Assembly (NCBI GenBank): GCA_050261115.1 | Contig: JBLNCY010000053.1 | Coordinates: 1-64,000 of the forward strand | Reading direction: 5' to 3' | Source: Methanocella sp. | GTDB lineage: Archaea > Thermoproteota > Bathyarchaeia > Bathyarchaeales > Bathycorpusculaceae | Length of the DNA stretch: 64,000 nucleotides | In this document: positions 18,103 through 28,007 of the stretch, piece by piece | How positions within the stretch are numbered: position 1 is the stretch's first letter | Layout: each line of letters starts with the position of its first letter | The notes under the pieces: model-generated | What the model was told of the DNA's origin: nothing | Seen by the model: the letters and a program-made list of their open reading frames with translations, nothing else | Databases searched by the model: none | Translations under genes and position numbers: made by a program

Positions 18103-20168
18103 GGCTTTGCTGCTCCTTTACTGGGACATTGGGGGTTGATGCATAACCGCCAAGGCTTTCGATCCCTCACATAAACTGAAATCATGGGTGCTCCGCAGCT
18201 GCATGGCTTAGCGAGCGGCTTTATGGTGCCGGTTTGGGGCAAAGGGTAGGTTGTGTTGCATTTGCCGCTGAAATAGTTATTGCAGCCGACAAAGCGTTTG
18301 CCGGTTTTTTTGGAGGTTATGATGATTAGTGGGCCTTTGCAGGTGGGGCAGTTTCCTATGGTGGCTGCTTCTAGCCGGCTGCGTTGGAGCGCCTGAGTCA
18401 ACAGTGCCCCCACAGTACACTCTTTGCTCTTTAGCTCCAAGGTAACCTGCTTGAGCCGCTCCATGGCATCAGCCAGTACGGTGTATTTGGTTTCTTTGCC
18501 TGCCTGTATCGCTTCCATCTTTGCCTCAAGCGATCGCGTCATGTCTGGGGAGACTACCGTGGGGCAGTATTTTTCGAGGACTTCTGTTACTTCAAACCCT
18601 AAATCGCTCACATGCAGCTTGTCGGTTCCCTGCAGGTACTTGCGTTCCATTAGTGTCTCGATTATGGCTGCCCGTGTGGCTTTGGTGCCGATTTCTTCTT
18701 TTTCCATCTTCTGTAGGAGGCTACGGGGGTTATAGCGGGGAGGCGGCTGAGTAAAATGCTGTTTTTGCGTCACCCGCTTGATTTCAACTGGCAATCCCTC
18801 AACCAACGGCGGCAACGTATCATCTTTTATTTTCACATATGGCTGATATAACCTAAACCAGCCCTCTTTGATAGTGCGAGCCGCCGAGAAATTAAAGAAG
18901 TAACCATTTAAGCTAATGACGGCGTTAATGTTTTGTCGAATTGCTGGTTCACCGAAAACCGCAAAAAACCGCTTAACCACGAGGTCGTAGATGTTTTTTG
19001 CTGTGGCATCTAGGGGTTTTTGAGGTAGATTTCCTGTTGGATAGATGGCTGGGTGGGCGGGATCGTCTTTTTTGCCCTCATGGGGTCGGAGGTTAGATTT
19101 AGCAAGAAGCTCGGTGGCGGCTTTGCTGTAGTCCTGTGCCTTGCCGAGTTTTCTTAGAATGTCTCGGTAGCCTATGCTGGGCGGTAGTTTTTGGCTGCTT
19201 GTGCGTGGATACGATATGAGTGTTTCTATGTAGAGGTGTTGGAGTACTGATAGGGTTCGTGCGGGGGTAAGATGGAAGAGTTTGTAGGCTTCACTTTGCA
19301 GGGCGCCTAAATCGAAGGGTGCAGGCGGATTTACTGGGGCCTCAGTTACTCGGACTGTCTCGATTTTACCTTCTTTGGTTTTGCATGCAGCTTTTACTGC
19401 TTCGGCTTCGGCTAGGGTTTCGAAGGTTTTCTCGTATGCTACATCAACTACAAAGCCGTTGATGGATATCTTTGCCGTTAAGCTCCAATAGGGCGTGGGC
19501 ACAAAACACTGGATCTCTTTCTCGCGTTCTTGTAGGAACCGCAATGTGGGTCCCTGCACTCTGCCTGTGCTCAGTGTGGCGTATTGTCCGCTGAAGGCTT
19601 TAGCTGACTGCGTAAGGGCCCTTGAGAGGTTAATACCATACAGCCAGTCTACTTCATGGCGTGTTAAGCCTGCCTGGATAACTTCGAAATCAAGTTTAGG
19701 CTGCAGGTTACGGTAGGATTCTTGGAGCTCCTCTGTTGTTAGGGTGGAGTACTTCATGCGTTTAGCTTGATTCTGCTTTTCTCCGCAGGCATACTTGAGG
19801 ATAGTGTAGCCTATTATGCTGCCTTCAATGTCGTAGTCACAGCCGTTGACGAAGGCTTCAGCGTCTTGAGCTAAGTCAGATATGACTTTTAGCCATGTGC
19901 GGGTTCGTGAGGCGCCTTTTTCGGCGACGTATTTAGGTACCCATTGATAATCAAACACAGGATATTCCCGCTTAGCCCTGTCTTTTCCTGTGATGGTATA
20001 GAGATGGCCTAGGGCGGGAACAACTATGATGTTTTCATCGCGGTGGACTTCGTAGTATGGGACTCCGCTTGCTTGGATCTTTTTGGGTTTGCCTTGAGCA
20101 TCTAGCGCCATTGCTATTCGGTTGGCCGCATCGGGTTTTTCTGTGATAATGAGTGTGTATTTTTGCAC
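18099..20168 (-). CDS. topA: Type IA DNA topoisomerase
   Basis: ITEKP, CDYDIEG, STGRVQGPTL, catalytic ISYPRT, GTKATRA, C-terminal Zn ribbons. Confidence 0.95.
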   Translation of the reverse strand: MQKYTLIITEKPDAANRIAMALDAQGKPKKIQASGVPYYEVHRDENIIVVPALGHLYTITGKDRAKREYPVFDYQWVPKYVAEKGASRTRTWLKVISDLAQDAEAFVNGCDYDIEGSIIGYTILKYACGEKQNQAKRMKYSTLTTEELQESYRNLQPKLDFEVIQAGLTRHEVDWLYGINLSRALTQSAKAFSGQYATLSTGRVQGPTLRFLQEREKEIQCFVPTPYWSLTAKISINGFVVDVAYEKTFETLAEAEAVKAACKTKEGKIETVRVTEAPVNPPAPFDLGALQSEAYKLFHLTPARTLSVLQHLYIETLISYPRTSSQKLPPSIGYRDILRKLGKAQDYSKAATELLAKSNLRPHEGKKDDPAHPAIYPTGNLPQKPLDATAKNIYDLVVKRFFAVFGEPAIRQNINAVISLNGYFFNFSAARTIKEGWFRLYQPYVKIKDDTLPPLVEGLPVEIKRVTQKQHFTQPPPRYNPRSLLQKMEKEEIGTKATRAAIIETLMERKYLQGTDKLHVSDLGFEVTEVLEKYCPTVVSPDMTRSLEAKMEAIQAGKETKYTVLADAMERLKQVTLELKSKECTVGALLTQALQRSRLEAATIGNCPTCKGPLIIITSKKTGKRFVGCNNYFSGKCNTTYPLPQTGTIKPLAKPCSCGAPMISVYVRDRKPWRLCINPQCPSKGAAKP

Positions 20169-20295
20169 CGCTCTATCTGCCTATGGAACTCTGAATCGGG
20201 GTTATCAGTTAAAAGCTTTGCATTCAACTAGCTGGCATGTTGAACCTTAAAGTTAGCAACCAATAAATATGCCCAAAATATGTTAGGTAGGGGGT

Positions 20296-20481
20296 ATGTG
20301 GATGCCGCAACGTGTCGTTTGTCATGGGTGTCGCTATGTTTTATATGAAGGCGCTGAGCTTCGGCCTCCGGATGAGATTATTCAACAGTCTGGCGGGAAA
20401 TGCCCTAAATGTGCTAGGAAGCTTTCGTTGTTGCCGCTGGATGTGGCAGTTAAATCTGTTAAACCTGCAAATAGGCGCTAA
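20296..20481 (+). CDS. Small zinc-ribbon protein
   Basis: CHGC...GKCPKC. Confidence 0.7.
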   Translation: MWMPQRVVCHGCRYVLYEGAELRPPDEIIQQSGGKCPKCARKLSLLPLDVAVKSVKPANRR

Positions 20482-20747
20482 GGCACTTTTTACGCCTTAT
20501 GGCCCATGTGTATGTCTATGCATGGTTTTATGTCGGTTGATTAAGTTTAGTTGGCTAACTGTTGTTTTCTAAGCGTTTTTTGGGTTTTTGCTTGTAACTC
20601 TAAGCGGTCTAAGCTTTTTTTGGTGGATTTCTCTTGCTTTAGTAACTATGGGAATCTTTGTCATGTTGTTTGCCTTTTGGAAAGCCATAAATAAAGCCCC
20701 CCTGTGTAAAATAGTACCATAATATACAATTTACGAGATGGCTTAAA

Positions 20748-23009
20748 GTGGGGGAAACTCTTAGGGAAAAACTTGGCAACCGTTTTTCAGGTTCATCCGG
20801 ATTCGGCATTAACATAAGCCATGGCACTATCATAGCAATCGCCGCGTTAGCAACGATTATGTTCATTGCATTCACCATTCGTATGCTGCCTCTTCGCTGG
20901 GAAAGTTTGACTACGGGCACAATATACCTGAACGAGTTCGACCCCTATTATCAGCTAAGCATCACAAGGCACATGGTAGACTACGGTTTACTCTCTCCAT
21001 ACACGGACGGCTGGGTTAACATGATGAAGTGGTTCCCAGACGGGTTAGACATGTCTACTTCATTACCCTCCTTACCCATGACGGGCGCCGTATTATATGG
21101 CATAGTTTCAGTCTTTGGTCAAATCGACTTAATGACCTTTGCCGCAATTCTCCCTGCAGTTATTGCTGCTCTCTCATGCTTTGTCGTCTATTTTGTAGGC
21201 AAAGATATGGGTGGCAGAACAGTCGGGTTATTCGCTGCATTATTCCTCGCATTAGCCCCCTCTTATTTGCAGAGAAGCTCGCTTGGCTTCTACGACACTG
21301 AAGTCGCTGGTGTACTCGGCTTTGTTTTGTTTTTGTTCTTCTTCTTGCGTAGCATGGATGCGAAACGGTCTCTCCGAGGATCTTTGATTTATTCAGTGGG
21401 TGCCGGTTTGTCTTTAGCATACTTCATATGTGGCTGGGGTGCAGCATACTATGCCCTAGCGTTAGCGGCGCTTTTCGTGTTCATCTTGGTTATCCTTAAA
21501 CGATACACCCCTAGAATGCTCATTAACTACAGCATCATATTCGGCATCGCCCTAATGATAGGTACCAAAGTTCCCTATCTTGGAATAAACTACCTATTCT
21601 CAGGCGCGGTACTTCCCGTCGCAGGAGTTTTCGTTGTACTCATAATAGCCGAGCTACTGCGAAACAACATATCGATAAAGAACAAACTCGCATTTGCAGC
21701 TGGCTCAATAACCCTTCTAGTCGTTGCCTTTGCGATTCTATTGGCAACCGGTAGTCTAACTGAACTTGCCGGAAAATTCGTGACAGTCGTAAACCCCTTC
21801 ATACGAGGCGGCGAAGCACTCGTCAGCTCCGTAGCTGAACAGAGAATCACCGCATGGGCAAACGTCTACACTGAACTAGGCATAAGCATACTATTCTTCC
21901 TCGTCGGCTTCTACTTCACCCTCAAAAAGCCAACCAATCGAAACATCTTCCTACTGCTCTTCGGCGCAACCTCACTGTACTTCGCAAACTCCATGGTTCG
22001 TCTACTTGTCCTCTTCGCCCCAGCATTCGCTATCATCGCAGCTATAGGTATCATCGGCTCCGTTAAGCCATTCATGAACCTTCTAAAAGCCGCGCCTCAG
22101 ACACTTGCCAAGTCAAAGCGAAAACTGCCAAGGGTAAGCAAAGAATTCAGCGGCATCGCAATCCTGGTCATATTCATGTTGTTGGTGACCAGCTTGGCAT
22201 TTTCACCCCAGACTGGTGGTGCCCCAAGACAGATGCAGACCGCCTATGTACCCACAGCAATCAGCGCTTCAAGCCTCCCCATAGCAGGAAACAACCTCGC
22301 AACTAGCGTGGATGCTTGGCTTGACGCAATTCAGTGGCTCAACGATAATGCTAAACCAACCGACGTTGTAGCAAGCTGGTGGGACTACGGTAACTGGCTA
22401 AGTGATCTTGGAAACGTCACAACGATGGCAGACAACACCACCGTGAACTCGACAAAGATAGCCGACTTAGGCTTCATATTCATGGGCAACGAAAACCAGT
22501 CCCTGCAACTGCTCTCAATGTATGGCCAAAACCGCGTGAAATACATCGTAGTCTTCCAAGTCCTCCAAATCACACAAAGCACCCAAGGCACATACTACGC
22601 ACTCCCAGCCGGCTTTGGCGACGAAGGCAAATGGGTTTGGATGGCAAGAATATCCGCTGAAAATTCCCAACGCTTCCTCGACTTAGGCCTAATCAGCGCA
22701 CAAGACATGTGGATGGACGAAAGCGATTTCGGCCAATCAAACTCTCAAACAGGACTATTTGACTGGAACGACCGCGGCATGAACTGCACAATCCAGATGA
22801 TACTCTACGACATGCAATACCGATATGTTGAAGCAGCCAACGCCAAGGGAAACAGCGTCCAAGTTGACCACGTCGCGTCACGACCCCAATTCCTAGAACC
22901 AGTATACATTGGAGGCCTCGACACAGACCTATTTGAGTACCGCGGATTGATCCCGCTCATCGGCATCTATGAAATCGACTGGGACGCATACAACGCAGTT
23001 TACGGATAA
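20748..23009 (+). CDS. aglB: Oligosaccharyltransferase STT3/AglB
   Basis: EFDPYY, GFYDTE, SVAEQ, SWWDYG, ADNTT, DEGK motifs; many TM helices. Confidence 0.93.
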   Translation: MGETLREKLGNRFSGSSGFGINISHGTIIAIAALATIMFIAFTIRMLPLRWESLTTGTIYLNEFDPYYQLSITRHMVDYGLLSPYTDGWVNMMKWFPDGLDMSTSLPSLPMTGAVLYGIVSVFGQIDLMTFAAILPAVIAALSCFVVYFVGKDMGGRTVGLFAALFLALAPSYLQRSSLGFYDTEVAGVLGFVLFLFFFLRSMDAKRSLRGSLIYSVGAGLSLAYFICGWGAAYYALALAALFVFILVILKRYTPRMLINYSIIFGIALMIGTKVPYLGINYLFSGAVLPVAGVFVVLIIAELLRNNISIKNKLAFAAGSITLLVVAFAILLATGSLTELAGKFVTVVNPFIRGGEALVSSVAEQRITAWANVYTELGISILFFLVGFYFTLKKPTNRNIFLLLFGATSLYFANSMVRLLVLFAPAFAIIAAIGIIGSVKPFMNLLKAAPQTLAKSKRKLPRVSKEFSGIAILVIFMLLVTSLAFSPQTGGAPRQMQTAYVPTAISASSLPIAGNNLATSVDAWLDAIQWLNDNAKPTDVVASWWDYGNWLSDLGNVTTMADNTTVNSTKIADLGFIFMGNENQSLQLLSMYGQNRVKYIVVFQVLQITQSTQGTYYALPAGFGDEGKWVWMARISAENSQRFLDLGLISAQDMWMDESDFGQSNSQTGLFDWNDRGMNCTIQMILYDMQYRYVEAANAKGNSVQVDHVASRPQFLEPVYIGGLDTDLFEYRGLIPLIGIYEIDWDAYNAVYG

Positions 23010-23028
23010 CCCAAAGGAAGCGAGTTAA

Positions 23029-23892
23029 GTGTTCCCCAAGGTTCCCGACCAACACAAAGTAGGTCACCCCCTAGTTCCATGGGGTATAGGCGTTTTTTAC
23101 GTCCTATTCTCCACTGTTTATCTCTTCGTAGTTTACTTTTTGCAGCAAAGCTCTAACCCCGAACCCGTGTCGGCAGCTTTCACTTTAGCTGCCTGCATCT
23201 TATTCGGCGGATTCATGGGTATGATGGATGACTGGATTGACCTAAAATGGCGCTATAAAGCATTCATGCCCCTCATTGCAGCTCTACCGCTCATCTACTA
23301 TGCGCAATTCATTGGTGCAAGAACAACCATAACTTTGCCGTTTATTGGCATGATAGACTTCGGCATCTCCTACTTCTACATCATAATCCCATTAATCGTC
23401 ATGATCGTAACCAATACAGTTAACCAGCTAGGCGGCTTAAACGGGTTAGAGTCCGTGTGTCCGGCCATTGTAATCTGTGGCTTAATGGTGTTCTCGCCCA
23501 ACTGGCTCCTCATGCTCGGGCCCCTACTATTCTGGATAGTCCTAGCCTCACTAAACGCGGCGGGAAAAATTTTTGTGGGCAACACAGGTTCCTTTGCCAT
23601 AGGTATGACCATCGCCGCATTCGCAATCCTCTCCGACATGAAGGTTAACATGATCATATCCATAATACCCTTCATATTCAACAGCTCCGTCATCCTTCTC
23701 GCGGTTTTCTTTACACACAAAAAAGCCTCCGTAAACTTTGACGGCAAAAAACTCTGCTCAGACCGCCCCCGAAGCCTAGTAACAATTTTAACTTACAAAC
23801 GCCCCTTAACTGAGCACCAAGTCGTAGCGGCTATATCGCTGATTGTAGCCTTCTTCACTTTGCTGGGTCTATTGATACAGGTAATGTCTTGA
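23029..23892 (+). CDS. UDP-GlcNAc:polyprenyl-phosphate GlcNAc-1-phosphate transferase (MraY/AglH family)
   Basis: DQHK, GMMDD, NTVNQLGGLNGLE, KIFVGNTG. Confidence 0.8.
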   Translation: MFPKVPDQHKVGHPLVPWGIGVFYVLFSTVYLFVVYFLQQSSNPEPVSAAFTLAACILFGGFMGMMDDWIDLKWRYKAFMPLIAALPLIYYAQFIGARTTITLPFIGMIDFGISYFYIIIPLIVMIVTNTVNQLGGLNGLESVCPAIVICGLMVFSPNWLLMLGPLLFWIVLASLNAAGKIFVGNTGSFAIGMTIAAFAILSDMKVNMIISIIPFIFNSSVILLAVFFTHKKASVNFDGKKLCSDRPRSLVTILTYKRPLTEHQVVAAISLIVAFFTLLGLLIQVMS

Positions 23893-23951
23893 GCTTTATC
23901 CGTAAACCCCTTAAACGTTGCTTGGCTCTCTTTACTTGAAGAGGAATCACT

Positions 23952-24725
23952 CTGACCCAAAGCGACACCGAAATAATTGATCTAACACCCGACAACATCG
24001 CTGACTATGGCGTCTGCGGCTATAAAGACACAAAAAAGCACCTTGAGCTACGCCGAAAAATCGAATGGTTCAAAACATACTATCCTAAAGGTCTCCGAAT
24101 TAAAGCCCTCATATCACGAACTGACGGCTACCAAGGTATGCTCGAATACCTCCCCGGAGAATATTCCCACCGCCCAGTAAAAGCAGCCGGTTATATGTTT
24201 ATACACTGCGTATTTGTCGGTTTCAAAAAACAGTTCAAAGGCAAGGGTTACGCTTCAGCGATGCTTGACCAATGCATCCAGGAAGCCAAAGAGCAAGGCA
24301 AATTGGGTGTGGCGGTAGTTACACGGTCAGGGTCATTTATGGCTAAGAAAGATATTTTCCTCAAGAAGGGCTTCCATGTAGTAGACTCGGCTAAACCTGA
24401 CTTTGAACTTTTAGCCCTAAATTTTAGTCCAGACGCCGAGAACCCGAAATTTGCTATACCCTCAACTGAAGCTTACGGGGAAGGCTTGACTATTATTCGT
24501 TCTCCCCAGTGCCCCTACTCTGTGAAGAACGTTGATGCAATTTTAGCGACAGCTAAAGAGTTAGGCCTTAAAGCAAACCTCATAGACCTAGCAGACTTCG
24601 CGAGCGCCCAGCAGTCACCCTGTGCGTTTGGCACCTTCTGCATCATACAAAACGGCGAAATCATTAGCCATCACCCAATCAGCAACACCCGTTTTAAGAA
24701 CTTAATAAATTCAAAGAAAAAGTGA
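23952..24725 (+). CDS. GNAT N-acetyltransferase with YoaP-like C-terminal domain; probable CTG start
   Basis: Frame open from TGA 23937 through EIIDLTPDNI...CGYK...KIEWF into MLEYLPGE; KGKGYA GNAT motif, QCPY. Confidence 0.75.
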   Translation: MTQSDTEIIDLTPDNIADYGVCGYKDTKKHLELRRKIEWFKTYYPKGLRIKALISRTDGYQGMLEYLPGEYSHRPVKAAGYMFIHCVFVGFKKQFKGKGYASAMLDQCIQEAKEQGKLGVAVVTRSGSFMAKKDIFLKKGFHVVDSAKPDFELLALNFSPDAENPKFAIPSTEAYGEGLTIIRSPQCPYSVKNVDAILATAKELGLKANLIDLADFASAQQSPCAFGTFCIIQNGEIISHHPISNTRFKNLINSKKK

Positions 24726-24745
24726 GTTGCGCATCACTAAGTGAT

Positions 24746-26092
24746 TTAACGGAGCTTCATTAGAACCATTTCAGCAGCCAAAGTCATGGGCTCCCAAGTC
24801 TCACACAACGGCGGTGCATACGCCGTGTCAGCCTTAGCCAACTCACGCACCGTCATGCCCTGCTGAATCGCAAAACTCAGGCAGTTGATGCGTTGGGTGA
24901 CTTCTTCGCCGCCTATAATCTGTCCGCCGATGATGCGCTGTGACTCCTTTTCTACGACTATTTTGATTTTGATGGGTTTTGCGCCTGGGTAGTAGTCGGC
25001 TCTGGTTTTGCTGCTAATGGTTCCGGTTACTACTTCGATGCGGTTGCGTTGTGCTGCGTTTTCGGTTAAGCCCGTGTTTCCTGCTTCGATGTCAAAGAGG
25101 CGTGTGACTGCCGAGGCTAAGACGCCGCTGAAGAGTGAATAGTCCCCGGCGGCGTTGGCACCTGCAACTTTGCCTTCTCTTACCGCTACTGTTCCAAGCT
25201 GGGGACAGACTGGTCTGTGGGTAACTATGTGTGTGGTTTCGGCGCAGTCGCCAACCGCATAAACATCTTTGACTTCTGTTTCCATGCGGCCATTAGTCTT
25301 GATGCCCTTTGATTCACCAAGCGGTATGCCAGCTTCAACCGCGAGCTTCGTGTTGGCCCTAACCCCAAAGGCGCTAATGAACAGATCCGCCTCAAGGCTG
25401 TCGCCGCCAGCTTTCACCGCCGTAACACTATCGTCGCCTAAGAATTCCTCAACGGTCTTGTTGAGCAGAATTCGCATACCCTTCTCTTCAAGGTGCTGCT
25501 GAACTATTTTAGCCATATCCGCATCCAGCAACTGGGGCAGGATCTGCGGCAGCATCTCAATCACAGTAACATTTAGGCCCCGCTCAATTAAGCCCACGCC
25601 CAACTCTAATCCAATCAAGCCTGCACCCATGATGATTGCTGACTTAGCCCCCGATCTGACTGCGGCGTCGATCCGTTCTCCATCCTCCATGCTGCGAAGC
25701 GAGAGGATGCCCTTTTTCTCGTTACCCTTGATGGGCGGCATAAAAGGCTCTGCGCCTGTCGCAACAACTAGGCTATCGTATGGGAGGGTTTCTGTGGGGC
25801 CTTCTTTGGTTTGTACGGTGACGGTTTTTTCTTTTGTGTTGATGGCAAGGGCTTGGGTTTGGAGGCGCAGGTTTAGTTTGAGCATCTGGAAAAAGGCAGG
25901 CTGATAAACAACAAGATCCCTAAAGCTGCCGATATGTCCGCCGATGACAAAAGGTAAACCGCATCGGCTATACCCCGCGGTCTTTTCCTTAGTGATGAGG
26001 GTGATTTCGGCAGTGCGGTCTTTTTTTCTTGCCGCTGAAGCCACTTCGACGCCTGCTGCATTGGCGCCTATGATTATTATGCGTCGCGCCAT
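24746..26092 (-). CDS. FAD-dependent NADH oxidase / CoA-disulfide reductase family
   Basis: IIGANAAG, YSRCGLP, GAGLIGLE, YAVGDC, YAPP. Confidence 0.88.
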   Translation of the reverse strand: MARRIIIIGANAAGVEVASAARKKDRTAEITLITKEKTAGYSRCGLPFVIGGHIGSFRDLVVYQPAFFQMLKLNLRLQTQALAINTKEKTVTVQTKEGPTETLPYDSLVVATGAEPFMPPIKGNEKKGILSLRSMEDGERIDAAVRSGAKSAIIMGAGLIGLELGVGLIERGLNVTVIEMLPQILPQLLDADMAKIVQQHLEEKGMRILLNKTVEEFLGDDSVTAVKAGGDSLEADLFISAFGVRANTKLAVEAGIPLGESKGIKTNGRMETEVKDVYAVGDCAETTHIVTHRPVCPQLGTVAVREGKVAGANAAGDYSLFSGVLASAVTRLFDIEAGNTGLTENAAQRNRIEVVTGTISSKTRADYYPGAKPIKIKIVVEKESQRIIGGQIIGGEEVTQRINCLSFAIQQGMTVRELAKADTAYAPPLCETWEPMTLAAEMVLMKLR

Positions 26093-26103
26093 CCATGTTC
26101 CGC

Positions 26104-26523
26104 CTAGGTTTTTTCTGTGCCCTGTGCTTTATGCCACTCGACGGCTGCGTCAAAGTCCATGAGGTTTGCAAGGTCCTCTTGGAGGTTTGCTGGTTTTACC
26201 ACAAGTAGCCATGCTTTGCCAAACGGGTCATCGTTTAGGGTTTCGGGTCTGGATTGGACTTCGTCGTTGACTTCCTCTATTGTGCCGGTTATGGGGCTGA
26301 TGAGGTCAGAGACGGCTTTTACGGATTCAAGGGTGCCGTAGGGTTCGTTCTGTTTTACTTGGGTTCCGGCGGATGGGAGTTCGGCGTAGACTATTTCGCG
26401 GAGGGATTTTTGTGCATAGTCTGTTATGCCGATGCGGACTTTGTCGTCTTCGATTTTTATCCATTCGAAGTCTTTGCTGTAGTAGAGTCCTTCAGGTACT
26501 TCGTATTGTTCGACTTTCACCAT
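26104..26523 (-). CDS. gcvH: Glycine cleavage H protein (lipoyl carrier)
   Basis: IGITDYAQ and LESVKAVSD (lipoyl Lys). Confidence 0.93.
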   Translation of the reverse strand: MVKVEQYEVPEGLYYSKDFEWIKIEDDKVRIGITDYAQKSLREIVYAELPSAGTQVKQNEPYGTLESVKAVSDLISPITGTIEEVNDEVQSRPETLNDDPFGKAWLLVVKPANLQEDLANLMDFDAAVEWHKAQGTEKT

Positions 26524-26704
26524 TTTATTCTTGAACCTTCTTGTTTGTTCTAGGACACAGACTAGTCGGTATGGCTATAAAAGGTTTAACGGGGAACGGT
26601 CAACGTTTGGGTTTAGTCAAGAAGCGCCTTTTGGATGCTGCTTGAGGAAGTTAAAAGCCCTTTTGGGGATGTAAAAAACTAAGTTTGGAAAAGGGAAGGG
26701 TGGT

Positions 26705-27787
26705 TTATCTTTCTTTTTTGCCTGCGATCCAGTCTTCTGTGTCTTGGCGTGCTTGATTGTCTGGGACCTGTATTGGGGGGTGCTTGAACGCGTATGACGG
26801 CATGCTTAGGAGTGCTCCGCTGATTTTGCGGTCGAGAGCGATTTTTGCTGCGCGGATAAGGTCGATTACTACTCCGCCGCTGTTGGGTGAGTCTTCGACT
26901 TCGAGTTTTGCGCTGATAGTTATGGGGCGATCGCCGAATGCACGGGTTTTGATTGAGAGGTAGCAGATTTTCTTGTTGCCCAGGAATTCTACGTAGTCGC
27001 TTGGCCCGATTCTTGTGGGTATATTGTATGGCACTAAGCTTGTGACTGCTTCGGTTTTGCTGATGCGTTTGCTTTTTAGGCGGTTTTCAACAGTCATGTT
27101 CTGGAAGTCAGTGTCTCCGCCAAGGTTAAGCTGATAGGTTTCATCCACGATTGCTCCGCGATCCAGGCAAAGCTTGACAAGGGTGCGGTGCAGTATGGTT
27201 GCGCCTACTTGACTTTTAATATCGTCTCCAAGCACTGGGAGGCCTGCTTGCTGGAACTTCTTTGGCCATTCGCCTGTTTTGTCGCTGGCGATGAATTCAG
27301 GCATGCAGTTGACAAATGCGCAGCCTGCGTCTATGGCGCATTGTGCGTAGAAGCGGACTGCATCATGGCTTCCGACGGGTAGATAGTTGACGAGGATTTC
27401 TGCTTTGGCTTCTTTGAGGACTTGGACGACAGATTCTTTGGTTGCGCTATCGTCGTATACGTTGAAGGCTTCCCGCATATGTGGCGCAACGCCGTCGAGT
27501 ACTGGTGCGGGGTTGACTTTAACGCCCAAGTGAGGGACATCTGCGAATTTATAGGCGCAGTTCGGTTTAACCCAGATGGCTTCTGAGAGGTCTTTGCCGA
27601 TTTTGTCTTTATTAACGTCAAAGGCGGCGACGAATCGTATGTCTCTTATGTGGTAGCCGCCAAAGTTAACGTGCATAAGTCCCGGGACAGTTTCGTCATC
27701 TTTTGCGTCTTTATAGTATTGAGTTCCCTGAATAAGGGCTGAAGCGCTGTTACCAACGCCAACTATTGCTACGCGGATTTCTGGCAT
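26705..27787 (-). CDS. ino1: Inositol-3-phosphate synthase
   Basis: VGVGNSAS, NYLPVGS, GDDIKSQVGAT, QLNLGGDTDF, EDSPNSGG. Confidence 0.93.
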   Translation of the reverse strand: MPEIRVAIVGVGNSASALIQGTQYYKDAKDDETVPGLMHVNFGGYHIRDIRFVAAFDVNKDKIGKDLSEAIWVKPNCAYKFADVPHLGVKVNPAPVLDGVAPHMREAFNVYDDSATKESVVQVLKEAKAEILVNYLPVGSHDAVRFYAQCAIDAGCAFVNCMPEFIASDKTGEWPKKFQQAGLPVLGDDIKSQVGATILHRTLVKLCLDRGAIVDETYQLNLGGDTDFQNMTVENRLKSKRISKTEAVTSLVPYNIPTRIGPSDYVEFLGNKKICYLSIKTRAFGDRPITISAKLEVEDSPNSGGVVIDLIRAAKIALDRKISGALLSMPSYAFKHPPIQVPDNQARQDTEDWIAGKKER

Positions 27788-28007
27788 GTAACTGGTTACC
27801 ATCCAATGCTTTAATTAGTGAAGGGTATGGGTCTGGTGCGCTATAACTTTTTCCTAACCCCCATACTGGTCTAAACTTGTCAGGGCGCCATCTTGGCGTT
27901 CATCGCATTCTGGCGTCTTTGCGAAAACTATGCATGTAACTAGATAGAACCTGGCTATTAGAAATGTATAAGTGACTTTTAGGCGCACTCTATGTGTGGT
28001 CAGCCTC

